64,000 nucleotides of DNA from Pseudomonadota bacterium (GCA_041178425.1 JBEGVH010000010.1:128001-192000); one strand, 5' to 3'. Shown: positions 49,127 to 59,794, numbered from the stretch's first letter. Numbers and translations: made by a program. Notes: generated from the sequence alone by a model not told the origin.

Positions 49127-50821
49127 TTGCGCTTTTTTCAACGAGGCCTAAGAGCCAGAATCATTTTTATAGTTTTAACCAGTCACTCAGTTTGCTGGGG
49201 TGACGCTGACCCTAGCAAATTAAAAATATACTTCTTCAAACAGCCTATCCAAGCCCCCGTCTGGGCCCGTGACGACTCTGGAACCTGGAAACAAACTGAA
49301 AAGGTAATGTTTTTTCGAGAGGGACAATACTTTAAAGTGGACGGAGTCTCCGACAATGGCACCTTATGGGTAAAATCGTATACGGATAACGGCTACGAGG
49401 TTGTGGGAATTACTCCCGAAATGGCAAAAGGAAATAATCTTACGAACAGACCTTTCCAAAAAGAAACCCCTCCGTCTGACGCTGGAAGCTCCGATGCTCA
49501 GACCAATGTAAAAGTAGTAGAGCGTCTCGAATCGGGGCCAGGAAATCTCATTAGACGATGGATGGGCCACAAAGGTATTGAAGATGCTCAGGTGTACTTT
49601 GATGCGACGGCTGGAAGACGAGTGGCCTTGATGGCCGATCCAGGAGGCCATGCGTGTCGGCCCGAGGCAAAAGAAAAAGATCCCTGTGTTGCTTGGCCTT
49701 CTACGGCCGATAGCCTTCAGATTCTTGACTCAACAATCAAAGTCACTACCGACCCAGTCACGGGTCAAACATCGCCTAAACTTTTTTATAAGGTGCAAAC
49801 AACGTATTGCCCTTCAGGCCCAAAAGAAAAGTGCAGCGAACCCCTTCAGAAAAATAAAGTTGGATGGATTGAAGCCCGAAGAGTGGGACCAACCAAACGA
49901 GATATTCCCGCCAATAGTGATTTAGCAAAAGATTCGAAATTCAACACAACTATCAACGGAGTTGCTTCATCCGATAAACCATGTCCAGATCCAATGACCA
50001 AGCAAATAAGCAGCCTAAAAGAAGTTGCGAAGGCTGCCAACGATGACTTCGATTCAAAATATACTTGGAAAATCGGACAATGCCTCATCTCGGGGAACAA
50101 CAAAAATTATGGAGAACTGACTAAAAAGTTTTTTTCCGAGGCCCCCAAAAGAAGTAGTAGCCCCGTTGCTCTGGTAAAAAACCAAAAGAACCAGAGTGGC
50201 ACCGATGATAAGTTAGCAACGGATCAACAACTTTATGAAATCGATGTTTTAGCGCGAACACTTTTTGGAGAAATGAGAAGCTGTAACGAACAGTCTCCTG
50301 TTTATTATAAAGCAGTTGCACGAGTGCTACTGAATAGAGCGGCCATCGTAAAGTCAGAGGGTTTCACCCCGCCCTTCGTAAACCAAAAATCAAAGAGTGC
50401 TAAAACCAGTTCCGACGAACATCAACTCATGGCCGATGTCGCCTCCTCTCGTCTTCAAATTTCTTCTTGGAACTCGAAAGATCCAAATATCAGAGTCAAC
50501 CTTTGCCCCGGCCTGGAAACAGTCTCAGAAGAAGGAAAAGATGCTTGGACTAATGCCGTTAGGGTGGCGGCCGACGTCGTCTTACATAAAGAAAAATTTC
50601 TCAAGGAGACCAAAGAAATTACCCACACCCACTACACATCAGGCATGATTCCCTCCTGGAGCAAACAAAAGAAACGCCAAGTTTCTTTTAAGATTGATGG
50701 CAAAACATACTCAAATAGCAATTGTTTGATTCTCTGGGCCGATGGCTTCAATAAAAAAATTGAGCGTCTCGATGATAAGCCTTTAGACTTTGTCAGCAGC
50801 GGCGATGAGCCCGCTGGCTAA
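49127..50821 (+). CDS. exported protein with C-terminal SleB/Hydrolase_2-like cell wall hydrolase domain
   Basis: Signal-like N-terminus; DVLARTLFGEMR...AVARVLLNR...QISSWNSKDPN...THYTS...PSWS. Confidence 0.7.
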   Translation: MRFFQRGLRARIIFIVLTSHSVCWGDADPSKLKIYFFKQPIQAPVWARDDSGTWKQTEKVMFFREGQYFKVDGVSDNGTLWVKSYTDNGYEVVGITPEMAKGNNLTNRPFQKETPPSDAGSSDAQTNVKVVERLESGPGNLIRRWMGHKGIEDAQVYFDATAGRRVALMADPGGHACRPEAKEKDPCVAWPSTADSLQILDSTIKVTTDPVTGQTSPKLFYKVQTTYCPSGPKEKCSEPLQKNKVGWIEARRVGPTKRDIPANSDLAKDSKFNTTINGVASSDKPCPDPMTKQISSLKEVAKAANDDFDSKYTWKIGQCLISGNNKNYGELTKKFFSEAPKRSSSPVALVKNQKNQSGTDDKLATDQQLYEIDVLARTLFGEMRSCNEQSPVYYKAVARVLLNRAAIVKSEGFTPPFVNQKSKSAKTSSDEHQLMADVASSRLQISSWNSKDPNIRVNLCPGLETVSEEGKDAWTNAVRVAADVVLHKEKFLKETKEITHTHYTSGMIPSWSKQKKRQVSFKIDGKTYSNSNCLILWADGFNKKIERLDDKPLDFVSSGDEPAG

Positions 50822-50829
50822 TCTCGTAT

Positions 50830-50859
50830 AAAAAAACCCGCACAAGGCGGGTTCTTTTT
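50830..50859. terminator. bidirectional intrinsic terminator
   Basis: A7-CCCGC-ACAAG-GCGGG-TTCTTTTT between the convergent hydrolase gene and the tRNA. Confidence 0.85.
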
Positions 50860-50935
50860 GGTAGGGGGCGAGGGACTTGAACCCCCGATCCTCGGATTAT
50901 GAGACCGATGCTTTAACCAACTAAGCTAGCCCCCC
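50859..50935 (-). tRNA. tRNA with CAU anticodon (probably tRNA-Ile2; elongator Met not excluded)
   Basis: GGGGGGCTAGCTTAGTTGGTTAAAGCATCGGTCTCATAATCCGAGGATCGGGGGTTCAAGTCCCTCGCCCCCTACCA; 77 nt, encoded CCA, downstream of rpoD. Confidence 0.93.
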
Positions 50936-50955
50936 CTTATTGATCGTTGATAGGT

Positions 50956-52770
50956 CTAGCTATCAACGAATGTTTTTAATTTATTCGATCGGCTCGGATG
51001 ACGCAACTTTCGGAGCGCCTTGGCTTCGATTTGACGAATACGCTCTCTCGTTACGTTGAAGTCTTGTCCAACTTCCTCAAGGGTATGGTCACTCTCTTCA
51101 CCTATACCGAAGCGCATACGCAAAACTTTTTCTTCTCTTGGAGTGAGCGTGGCTAAAACACGACGGCACTGCTCAGCGAGGTTTAAGTTCACAATGGCTT
51201 CTGCAGGATTAATCACCTTTTTATCTTCGATAAAATCACCCAAGTGCGAGTCTTCTTCTTCACCCACTGGAGTTTCTAAGCTGATTGGCTCTTTTGCAAT
51301 TTTGAGAACCTTACGAACTTTATCAACCGGCATGTCCATTTTCTCGGCAATCTCTTCAGGGATTGGCTCGCGGCCGAGTTCCTGAACTAGGTAACGAGAG
51401 GTTCGAACAAGCTTATTGATCGTTTCGATCATATGCACAGGGATACGGATTGTTCTTGCTTGGTCAGCGATGGCACGAGTGATTGCCTGACGAATCCACC
51501 AAGTCGCATACGTAGAAAACTTATAACCTCTTCGGTATTCAAATTTATCAACGGCTTTCATCAAACCGATGTTGCCTTCTTGGATTAAATCCAAGAACTG
51601 AAGCCCGCGGTTTGTGTATTTCTTGGCAATCGAAACCACCAAGCGAAGGTTCGCCTCTACGAGTTCTGCTTTCGCAGCGTCAGCCGCGCGCTCACCCTTC
51701 CAAATGGCCGTGTAAGTTTCTTTGATCCACGTAAAATTCATCTCAGTTTCTTTTTCAAGACGGTTCAGTCGCGTCTCGGCCTCTTGGGCCGAAAGGACAT
51801 AGCCTCTGAACTTGTGAAAGCTAAGACCTGTTTCACGATTCATTCGAGTTAATTCTTTTTCGTTAGATTCAACCACTCTTAGACGCTCAACCATTGCCGT
51901 CGTGTCTTTTGAGAAAGTTCGTTCAACACCCTCTTTGATTCGACGACGTAGACTGCTCATTCGCGAAACAAGGTTTTTGAATTTAATCACAACACGGTTA
52001 ATCGTCTTACGATTGAAGTTAACACTTTCGAAGCTCTTCATGAGTTGAGCATTCATCACTTCGAGGGCTTTTTGTGCCTCTTGTTTTTTTGCATAGGAGT
52101 TGTCTTCTTTACGCAAAACTTCAAAATAAGGAAGCGCTGCTTTTTGATACTCAGTCACACGACCGATGAGTTCATGAATCTTTTGAATATACTCTTGCTC
52201 ATCATACTGTGTGTCTTCATCTTCAAGACCTCGAAAGATGGCCTTAACTTTGATACGTCCTTCATCTAAACGACGACCGAGGTTAATAATTTCGTAGGTT
52301 CCAAGTGGCGAGAGTAAAATCGCACGAACAATCTCGCGCTCCCCGTCTTCAATACGACGAGCAATTTCAACTTCCCCTTCACGGGTCAAAAGCGAAACAC
52401 TTCCCATCTTGCGAAGGTAGAGTCGAACTGGATCATTCCCACGAACATCTTCTGCTTCAGCTTGTTCCGCTTCTTCTTCTTCTTCTTCTTCAGAGTCAAC
52501 ATCGGCGAGGAATCCAGCGCCCTCTTCTTCAGACCCTTTTTCGGTATGATCTGTAATAACCACACCGTTGACTTCCAAGGCTTGCATAAAAGAATCCAAA
52601 ACCGTTGGAGACTGAATCTCGGGAGGTAGCTGCTCATTGATCTCTTCGATTGTAAGAGCACCTTTGTCTTTTGCCATTTTCAAGAAGCGGGTGATTTCTT
52701 CTTTAATCAACACTTCTTGTTCTGCTACTGGCATCTTCATGAGTAGCTCTGTCTTTTTTGTACTTTTCAT
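50956..52770 (-). CDS. rpoD: RNA polymerase sigma factor RpoD
   Basis: [53 protein letters not shown]. Confidence 0.98.
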   Translation of the reverse strand: MKSTKKTELLMKMPVAEQEVLIKEEITRFLKMAKDKGALTIEEINEQLPPEIQSPTVLDSFMQALEVNGVVITDHTEKGSEEEGAGFLADVDSEEEEEEEAEQAEAEDVRGNDPVRLYLRKMGSVSLLTREGEVEIARRIEDGEREIVRAILLSPLGTYEIINLGRRLDEGRIKVKAIFRGLEDEDTQYDEQEYIQKIHELIGRVTEYQKAALPYFEVLRKEDNSYAKKQEAQKALEVMNAQLMKSFESVNFNRKTINRVVIKFKNLVSRMSSLRRRIKEGVERTFSKDTTAMVERLRVVESNEKELTRMNRETGLSFHKFRGYVLSAQEAETRLNRLEKETEMNFTWIKETYTAIWKGERAADAAKAELVEANLRLVVSIAKKYTNRGLQFLDLIQEGNIGLMKAVDKFEYRRGYKFSTYATWWIRQAITRAIADQARTIRIPVHMIETINKLVRTSRYLVQELGREPIPEEIAEKMDMPVDKVRKVLKIAKEPISLETPVGEEEDSHLGDFIEDKKVINPAEAIVNLNLAEQCRRVLATLTPREEKVLRMRFGIGEESDHTLEEVGQDFNVTRERIRQIEAKALRKLRHPSRSNKLKTFVDS

Positions 52771-52805
52771 GCTTTCTCCACTCTGAAAAAGCTATTGGTT
52801 CATCT

Positions 52806-54662
52806 TTAAGGAATTTGGTTTAGCCAACGTAAGCGATCTTTTTGTAGGCTAGCGAGCCGTTCCCATTTCTCTTGGGTCGCATTCTGCTTCAATTCTTGAG
52901 CCAAGTTTTTGATTTCGAGGTCAAGGTGATGAAGTCGTACTTTGCGTAAACAATCTGTTAAGAGCCTCGCCTCCCCTTCACTATCTCCTGTTGGCAAATC
53001 TCTTACGAGCGCCGTCAAGAGGTCAGGATTCAAAATTTCATTGGTTATTAAAACGAACAAATTATCAGAGGGCAAGTCACTTTGTCCAGTGAGAGTCATA
53101 GCTCTCTCAAAAACTTGGCGAACTCCAGAATGGCTTAACTGAGCTTTCTCCTCTGCTTGCAAAATTCGGTCCCGAACAGTGCTCTGAGGATTGAGAAACA
53201 ACGCCAAAATCAATAATTCCCACTTAGAAGCCCCTTGCAGGTTAATTTTTGTGTTTTCTTCATCCGATTTTAGAGTGCCTAGAGTTGAATTTGAGGAAAT
53301 TGCTGTCGGTTCTGCCGTCGCATTAGGCCTCTGCTGACCCACAACTGTGGTATTTACTTTTGCATCAGTGATGGCTCGCCGCATCCAAGCATTGTCCACA
53401 CCCAATCGCTGTCCCAGTTCTTTGACGTATAATTCTTTCAAGGATCTTTCCTTGAGAACCGTCAAAAGCGGACGCACCCGCTGAACCATCCTCACCTTAT
53501 CGGTTGGCCCACCCTGAAATCCCTCCATCCAGCGGCGCAAAATGAGGCTAAAGAGGTCGGGCGCTTGAGCCAACTGTTCTGTCATTTTGGCTTCACCATG
53601 TGCTAACAAAAACTCATCGGGATCTTGCCCCTCGGGGAGCGTTAATCCCTTTGGATACAAACCTGCCTCAAAAAGGATTGGTAAACTTTTTTCCGCAGCT
53701 TTTTGTCCGGCATCATCACCATCAAAAAGTACAATTACATTTTTGGTCATTCTAGCCAAAATGCGACATTGTTCAAGAGTCAACGCCGTTCCAAGAGGCG
53801 CTACCACGTTTTTAAACCCCGCTTGATGCAAGGCAATTAAGTCCATGTACCCCTCAACAATAATCGCTGAGTCATCACTTCGAATATACCGACTCGATTG
53901 TTGCAATCCATAAAGGGAACGCCCCTTGTGAAATAACGGCGACTCTGGACTATTAATATATTTTGGTTGCCCCTCACCAAGAATACGACCACCAAATCCG
54001 ATCACCTCACCAATCTGATTGGTAATGGTAAACATCAATCGATCTCGAAACAAATCATAGTAACCACCAGAATCACGACGCTTTACCAAGCCTAACTCTT
54101 CTGCCAGAGACAACGAGTGACCGCGCTGGCGAAGATAGTTTGCAAGCCCCTCCCAATCTTCGCTGGCATAACCAACCATGAATGTTTCTATAGACTCGGC
54201 TTTTAAATATCTTTGGTGCGTGTACTCACGAACGGGATGCGAGGTAGGTAATTTTTTATAATTATCGGTAAAATATTTGGCCGCTTCTTTGTTGATTTCA
54301 ATAAGGGCTTTTTTTCTTTGGGCCTCTTTTTGCTCTTGAGTGGCTGAGTAATTATCTTGAACAGGCAGTGGAATGCTAGCGCGCTCAGCCAAATACTCAA
54401 TGGCCTCTGGAAAACTCATTCCCTGAAATTGCTGCAAAAACGTAAAAACATTTCCGCCTTTTTTGCAGCCAAAGCAATGGTAAAGTTGTTTATCTACGGA
54501 GACGTGAAAACTAGCGGTCTTTTCTTTATGATCAGGGAAGGGACACCTTCCCACTAGATCTTTGCCTGCTGGCTTCAATACAGTATACTGCGAAAGAATA
54601 TCGGCTAACTGTGAAGCCGAAATTACTTTATCTACAAACTCTCTTGAAAACCGCACGGCCAT
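52806..54662 (-). CDS. dnaG: DNA primase
   Basis: CPFPDHKEKT..CFGC zinc finger, FGGR, KYINSPE, VEGYMD, FDGDDAG, DPDE. Confidence 0.97.
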   Translation of the reverse strand: MAVRFSREFVDKVISASQLADILSQYTVLKPAGKDLVGRCPFPDHKEKTASFHVSVDKQLYHCFGCKKGGNVFTFLQQFQGMSFPEAIEYLAERASIPLPVQDNYSATQEQKEAQRKKALIEINKEAAKYFTDNYKKLPTSHPVREYTHQRYLKAESIETFMVGYASEDWEGLANYLRQRGHSLSLAEELGLVKRRDSGGYYDLFRDRLMFTITNQIGEVIGFGGRILGEGQPKYINSPESPLFHKGRSLYGLQQSSRYIRSDDSAIIVEGYMDLIALHQAGFKNVVAPLGTALTLEQCRILARMTKNVIVLFDGDDAGQKAAEKSLPILFEAGLYPKGLTLPEGQDPDEFLLAHGEAKMTEQLAQAPDLFSLILRRWMEGFQGGPTDKVRMVQRVRPLLTVLKERSLKELYVKELGQRLGVDNAWMRRAITDAKVNTTVVGQQRPNATAEPTAISSNSTLGTLKSDEENTKINLQGASKWELLILALFLNPQSTVRDRILQAEEKAQLSHSGVRQVFERAMTLTGQSDLPSDNLFVLITNEILNPDLLTALVRDLPTGDSEGEARLLTDCLRKVRLHHLDLEIKNLAQELKQNATQEKWERLASLQKDRLRWLNQIP

Positions 54663-54677
54663 TCCTATTGAGCCAGA

Positions 54678-55127
54678 TTAAGGATTCAGAGCTTTTTTAA
54701 CAAGTTCACTGACAAGTTTGTTATCAGCATTTCCTTGTGTTCGGACAATGACCTCTTTAATCACGCCACCCATATCTTTAGGTGACTTAGCATTAAGTGC
54801 TGTAACGACTTCTTTCACAATAGACTCTACTTGTTCTGAGCTCAGTTGAGCGGGCAGAAGTTCCTCAAGAATCCCCAACTCTGTTGTTTCTTGATCAACA
54901 AGATCCTGACGGCCGCCCGCTCGATATTGATCAATAGATTCTTTTCTTTGCTTTACAAGACGTTTAATCACACCAATGACTTCGTCATGAGTGATCGGGT
55001 TAGGACGCATATCAATTTCACGATTTTTAATCGCCGACTGTAAAAAACGAAGTGCATTAAGACGTACTTGGTTTTTTTCTTTCATCGCTACTTTGATATC
55101 GTTCATGATTCTTTCACGAATTTCCAT
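54678..55127 (-). CDS. yqeY: GatB/YqeY domain protein
   Basis: KVAMKEK, VKQRKESI, GGRQDL, LPAQLS, KDMGGV. Confidence 0.93.
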   Translation of the reverse strand: MEIRERIMNDIKVAMKEKNQVRLNALRFLQSAIKNREIDMRPNPITHDEVIGVIKRLVKQRKESIDQYRAGGRQDLVDQETTELGILEELLPAQLSSEQVESIVKEVVTALNAKSPKDMGGVIKEVIVRTQGNADNKLVSELVKKALNP

Positions 55128-55174
55128 TATAGCGCTCCCCTTGAATAGATAATAAAAAAATGCCGTTAAATTAG

Positions 55175-55202
55175 AAAAGCCCCATCAGGGATGGGGCTTT
55201 TT
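55175..55202. terminator. terminator/attenuator between rpsU and yqeY-dnaG
   Basis: AAAAGCCCCATC-AGG-GATGGGGCTTTTT. Confidence 0.85.
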
Positions 55203-55214
55203 GTAGATCAGAAA

Positions 55215-55415
55215 CTATTCTGAGAAGCCTCTTCTTTGCTTCTTTGCCAATCTCTTACGAGCAGAGATTGATTTCTTTTTAAGACGAACACTTGGTTTTT
55301 CGAAGTGTTCGCGCTTTTTAACTTCAGAAAGGATTCCAGCTTTTTCACAAGATTTTTTGAAGCGACGGAAAGCCGATTCAAAGCTTTCGCCATCTTTAAC
55401 TTTTACCTGAGCCAA
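55215..55415 (-). CDS. rpsU: 30S ribosomal protein S21
   Basis: [23 protein letters not shown] start at 55415. Confidence 0.96.
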   Translation of the reverse strand: MAQVKVKDGESFESAFRRFKKSCEKAGILSEVKKREHFEKPSVRLKKKSISARKRLAKKQRRGFSE

Positions 55416-55559
55416 TGTAATCACCCGCCTTTCTGATCTAAATTAATGGCCACAGGGGCCATTGAAAAATGCAGTAAAGGGGTGGTATAACAAAGTCCTA
55501 AGTTTTAAACAACCTGTAAAAATCAAATAGACCCTTTGGTACTTGGAGCTTTTATTAAA

Positions 55560-56060
55560 ATGACCGCCCGCCAACCCATTAATCAAGCCGAATGGGATCA
55601 TTTTTGGATGAAAAAGGCCCTTAAAATAGCTAAAAAAGCGGCAATTAGGGGTGAGGTCCCAGTTGGAGCCCTATTGGTCAACCATCAATCAAACACTTTG
55701 GTTAGCAAAGCCTACAATTTACGAGAAACGCTAAATTCCCCCATCGGTCACGCAGAGCTTATAGCCATTCATCGAGCATCGAAAAAATTGCAAACCTGGC
55801 GCCTTTCGGGCCACACCCTATACGTGACTCTCGAACCCTGCGTTATGTGCTCGGGTGCTATTTTGCAGAGCCGCATTGATCGCGTCGTCTTTGGAGCCCT
55901 TGATCCAAAGGGTGGAGGAACCCATTCCCTTTACCAAATTCTTTCTGATGACCGACTCAATCATCAAACGCTGTACACAGGACAAATTTTAGAAGAGGAT
56001 TGCAGCGAAGTTTTAAAAAACTTTTTTAAAGAACTTCGAGAGAAGAAGAAAAATAAATAA
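55560..56060 (+). CDS. tadA: tRNA adenosine(34) deaminase
   Basis: GEVPVGA, HAE, LYVTLEPCVMCSGA, FGALDPKGG, LNH. Confidence 0.93.
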   Translation: MTARQPINQAEWDHFWMKKALKIAKKAAIRGEVPVGALLVNHQSNTLVSKAYNLRETLNSPIGHAELIAIHRASKKLQTWRLSGHTLYVTLEPCVMCSGAILQSRIDRVVFGALDPKGGGTHSLYQILSDDRLNHQTLYTGQILEEDCSEVLKNFFKELREKKKNK

Positions 56061-56082
56061 AAATCGTCACCAAGGAGAGAGA

Positions 56083-56808
56083 ATGCACGCCATGAGTTCT
56101 TTTCAGAATCGAATCAAGGTCTACTCAGATGGAGCGGATAAAGCCTCAATGCTGGAAATGGCAAAAAACCCTCTCATTAAGGGGCTAACAACAAACCCAA
56201 GCCTTATGAAGAAGGCCGGCGTTACTGACTACAAATCTTTCTGCCTTGATATTCTGACTCACATCAAAGACAAGCCCCTTTCTTTTGAAGTATTCACGGA
56301 CTCCCTTGAAGAAATGGCTAAGCAAGCCATGGAAATTAAAACCTGGGGCTCGAACGTTTATGTCAAAATTCCAATTATGAACAGCCAAGGAGCATCGACT
56401 ATCGAACTTGTGCGTGAGCTCAGTCGCAAAGGTGTTAAACTCAACGTTACAGCTATCTTTACTATGCAACAAATCACCGAAACAATTAACGCCGTCGCTG
56501 GCGGAGCCCCTTCGATTGTTTCTGTTTTCGCTGGACGGATTGCTGATTCTGGCCGCGATCCGATGCCCACGATGATTGCCGCGAGCCAACTCTGCGCCAC
56601 CCTCGACAAAAACATCGAGTTACTTTGGGCATCTACTCGTGAAGTTTACAATATTGTTCAAGCAGAACAAGCCGGCTGCCATATCATCACCGTACCTCCA
56701 GATATTATAAAAAAAATGAGCGGATTTAATCGAGATCTTCATGATCTCAGTCTCGACACCGTGAAGACCTTTAAAGCTGACTCAGAAGCGGCGGGATTTA
56801 AATTATAA
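56083..56808 (+). CDS. tal: transaldolase (short type)
   Basis: GLTTNPSLM, VYVKIP, NVTAIF, SVFAGRIAD, LLWASTRE. Confidence 0.9.
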   Translation: MHAMSSFQNRIKVYSDGADKASMLEMAKNPLIKGLTTNPSLMKKAGVTDYKSFCLDILTHIKDKPLSFEVFTDSLEEMAKQAMEIKTWGSNVYVKIPIMNSQGASTIELVRELSRKGVKLNVTAIFTMQQITETINAVAGGAPSIVSVFAGRIADSGRDPMPTMIAASQLCATLDKNIELLWASTREVYNIVQAEQAGCHIITVPPDIIKKMSGFNRDLHDLSLDTVKTFKADSEAAGFKL

Positions 56809-56853
56809 AAACTGTCTGCCCAGACTCCAATTCAATAAAAAAAAGCCAAGCAT

Positions 56854-57825
56854 TTACTTAACGGTAGATGCTTTGGCGGGCTGATCGGCAACAGAGTTAA
56901 CCACTTCAGTTGGCACAACAACTAGAGCTGGCTCTGATGGCTTAACTACAAACTCAAGCTCTCGAACGGCAGAGGCGGTGAGGCCTTTCGCCGAGGCCTG
57001 CATCTGTAACAAGTACTGCCCTGGCTTGTAGCCGGAATCAAAAATCAACTTGCGACCACTCCAACGCTTAAAGTCTTTTACTTTCGCCCAAGCTTCGCCT
57101 TCAAGTGGCTTATAAAATAGCTCTCCATCAAAAACGGCCTTTGAAACTTCAGTTCTTACCGTTACCAATTGGCCCTCTTTTGGATCTTTCTTAAAAACCA
57201 AAGTCGGTGGCTGAATCTGAGCACCGATCACCGTTAGCATTTCGGTGGGCTCACTGGGTTCGCCGAGAGTTCCATCTGGCAGTACTGCTTGAACACGAAA
57301 GTTGTATTGGCCCGGTGGAATTTTTGCCAAAGCCCATTCGTTTTTAACAACGAAATCTTTTTCAATAACCCCCTCTGGCGTTTCTACTAGAACCTTAAAT
57401 TTATCGACGCCCGCCACGGGCTCCCATGCTAAACGTAAAAGATACTTTCCCGTTGCTCGATCAGCGTAGACGACCGAGGGGTTAGGAATTTTACTAATTA
57501 TTTTTGTGGGTGGCGGAGCAATCAACAGTTCCGCCATTTCGGTCCAAGCGGAAGAACGATCAAATTTGTCGATGATTCTCGACCGAAAATAATATTTTCC
57601 CATTCGAACGTTGAGCTTAAAGATATTTGATTTTGAGGTGAATGTTTTTATAAATCTTTTTTGTTTTCCATCATAGACCTCAAGATCGTAGCGGGCTGCT
57701 TCGGGGATCAAGTCCCACTCAATTTCGACTATCTTGTTGGTGAGAAAAAACTGAGGGTCTTCAGCATCTACTGAATGTGCTCGAACACAAAAAGAAACAA
57801 GTAAAAAAAGAATGGCTGTTCTCAT
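56854..57825 (-). CDS. exported protein with about 3 fibronectin-III-like beta-sandwich modules
   Basis: Signal peptide; IEWDLIPEAARY..GKYYFRSR, LAWEPVAGVDKF..PPGQYNFRVQAV, PGQYLLQMQA. Confidence 0.7.
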   Translation of the reverse strand: MRTAILFLLVSFCVRAHSVDAEDPQFFLTNKIVEIEWDLIPEAARYDLEVYDGKQKRFIKTFTSKSNIFKLNVRMGKYYFRSRIIDKFDRSSAWTEMAELLIAPPPTKIISKIPNPSVVYADRATGKYLLRLAWEPVAGVDKFKVLVETPEGVIEKDFVVKNEWALAKIPPGQYNFRVQAVLPDGTLGEPSEPTEMLTVIGAQIQPPTLVFKKDPKEGQLVTVRTEVSKAVFDGELFYKPLEGEAWAKVKDFKRWSGRKLIFDSGYKPGQYLLQMQASAKGLTASAVRELEFVVKPSEPALVVVPTEVVNSVADQPAKASTVK

Positions 57826-58856
57826 GGTTCCTTCGAAGAAAAACCACCTTCGGAAGCATTTCGCTGCGAATCGGCCTGGTACTGGCTCCCCAACGTTGCT
57901 CCCGCATGTATTTTAGGATTTCCCTCTGGAATTTTAGGTGGAGTATAAATTGGAGGTGGCCATGTTTTCACGGAGTTTTTAGCCATTGATAGAGCAAACT
58001 TAATCGCTGCCACGCCACCAGAGGCGAGACCCGTGGGATCAATCGCATATTCATAAGAGCGAATAAAGTTCTGAACCGACTTGGGACCATACGGCAACAC
58101 TTCACGTATGATATTAATAGAGGTTTTAATTGAAACCCCAAAGCGTTTGTCATCTCTGAGTATTCGATACAACTTAAAAAAATCGTCGCGAATGCCATCG
58201 GGGTAGTATTGGCTCCAGCGAGCCATAGAAACCGAGAGGTCAGCGCATTGAGTAACGGGCAAATTGAGGCCCGTCTTCTCCAAACAAAACTTAGAAATTT
58301 GCAGAAAGTCCTCGCGCGCTTGCTTTCGATTTCCCTTATAGAGCTTACTTAATTCAAAACTAATCCTGAGCGCAGAGGAATAGTCGAGATCAAAATATTC
58401 ACCCAAATAGGTTTTCTTAAAGAGTTCAAAAAAATTGTCGACGGTTTCTTGGTCAGTTTTAGAAAACTCTAAGGCATATTCAATCGAGCGTGTATGATCG
58501 ACCCCGGATTTTTTTAAGAACAAAAACGTTTTTACAAATCTACGGGCAGCACCATCGCAACCCTTAGAAATTTCGGCCGCCAATTGCCGTGCAAGCGCTT
58601 CTGAGGGATTGATTTCGTCTTTTTGGCTTCGAAAAAAATTCATCATTTCTCGATATTCTTTAATTGGCTCGCAATGATCGGGGTGTGCTTTATTCCTCCA
58701 AAGCACATTGCGCTCTTTTTCCTGAAGCGAAAGTCTTTCCCATGCCTTCCAGTCAAACTCGGGCTCCACAAATTGGGGTAATCCACTAGTGGCATCTTGG
58801 GCACCAAAGGCAAACTGAGTAAAGATACAAAAAATCGTAGCAACTAAAATCGCCAT
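57822..58856 (-). CDS. exported alpha-helical repeat protein
   Basis: Signal peptide ending AFG; about 6 repeats of 35-40 aa. Confidence 0.7.
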   Translation of the reverse strand: MAILVATIFCIFTQFAFGAQDATSGLPQFVEPEFDWKAWERLSLQEKERNVLWRNKAHPDHCEPIKEYREMMNFFRSQKDEINPSEALARQLAAEISKGCDGAARRFVKTFLFLKKSGVDHTRSIEYALEFSKTDQETVDNFFELFKKTYLGEYFDLDYSSALRISFELSKLYKGNRKQAREDFLQISKFCLEKTGLNLPVTQCADLSVSMARWSQYYPDGIRDDFFKLYRILRDDKRFGVSIKTSINIIREVLPYGPKSVQNFIRSYEYAIDPTGLASGGVAAIKFALSMAKNSVKTWPPPIYTPPKIPEGNPKIHAGATLGSQYQADSQRNASEGGFSSKEP

Positions 58857-59794
58857 TGCATTCCTAAAAGCGGTGTGGCTCGTCCCGTTGTCGGATCGAC
58901 CATAAAATTGATTTGCGTTAGCGGCGCATAGATTTTTCTTTTATACTCTTGGTGTTTGTCCCAGTTTTCAATCAACCTATTTTCAATGAGCCATGGCAAG
59001 AACGAGAGGCCCATTGCTACTGCGGCGTAATTGGGAAGCTCTTGTTTTGATTGCGAGTTAATGTAAATGGCCAAAGTAAAGGTCGACCAAACAGAAAAAT
59101 TATTAATCATTCGGGCCACTTTAGCTGGTCGTTCCAAGGCTTCCTCTGAAAGACGCTCTTTGAGGAGTAGACTCTTTTTATCTTTTCCGTTCACTTTTTT
59201 AATTTCAGAAAGAGATTTACCGTACGACATAGAATAATCAAGATACGCTGTCGCTCCCAACCACATTCCCCCAAAGAGTATTCCCATCTGAGAAGCAAAC
59301 TGATTTTCTTTTTGTTGTGATGATGACGGTGAATCTTCGGTGTATTGGCCAGCCGCTCTGGAACCAGCCACCATGAGAGCTAACGCAGAAATTTGAACAG
59401 GCCAGTAGTTTCCTATGAAGGAGTTGCGACCTTCCTGTTGCTCCATGAGGAGTCGCTCGCTCGCTTTAGGTACAACCTGTAATTCAGGATAATCAAGACC
59501 GGCAAGAAAACTTTTTTCATCTTCAATCAAACTGGCGGGGGCATCATCGGACGAACCCTCTCCAACGACCGAGCCACCTCTTTTTTTTATTGCTTTTACT
59601 GTCGTTGACTCTTGAATCACACTCGACACTGGAAGCCTTCCAGAGGCCTCTTTAGGAGGACTTTGATTTTGCTTTTCTGATTCTTTTTCGGCAGCAGAAA
59701 GAGGCTGAACTAAACAGCCAACCATCAGCCCAACGATGCAGATGAGTTTTTGAAAGACACCTTGTCTTAACATAGCAGCTCCTTGCGTTTCCAT
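58844..59794 (-). CDS. hypothetical membrane protein
   Basis: Signal peptide ending LSA, about 4 hydrophobic segments, C-terminal LGMQWRF. Confidence 0.7.
   Translation of the reverse strand: METQGAAMLRQGVFQKLICIVGLMVGCLVQPLSAAEKESEKQNQSPPKEASGRLPVSSVIQESTTVKAIKKRGGSVVGEGSSDDAPASLIEDEKSFLAGLDYPELQVVPKASERLLMEQQEGRNSFIGNYWPVQISALALMVAGSRAAGQYTEDSPSSSQQKENQFASQMGILFGGMWLGATAYLDYSMSYGKSLSEIKKVNGKDKKSLLLKERLSEEALERPAKVARMINNFSVWSTFTLAIYINSQSKQELPNYAAVAMGLSFLPWLIENRLIENWDKHQEYKRKIYAPLTQINFMVDPTTGRATPLLGMQWRF

Noticed and set aside
43400..50860. Genomic island integrated at the tRNA 3' end
   Set aside because: No integrase, no duplicated tRNA 3' end seen, and no obvious compositional shift.
55208..55393. 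61-aa ORF overlapping rpsU
   Set aside because: Alternative frame of a well-supported ribosomal protein gene.
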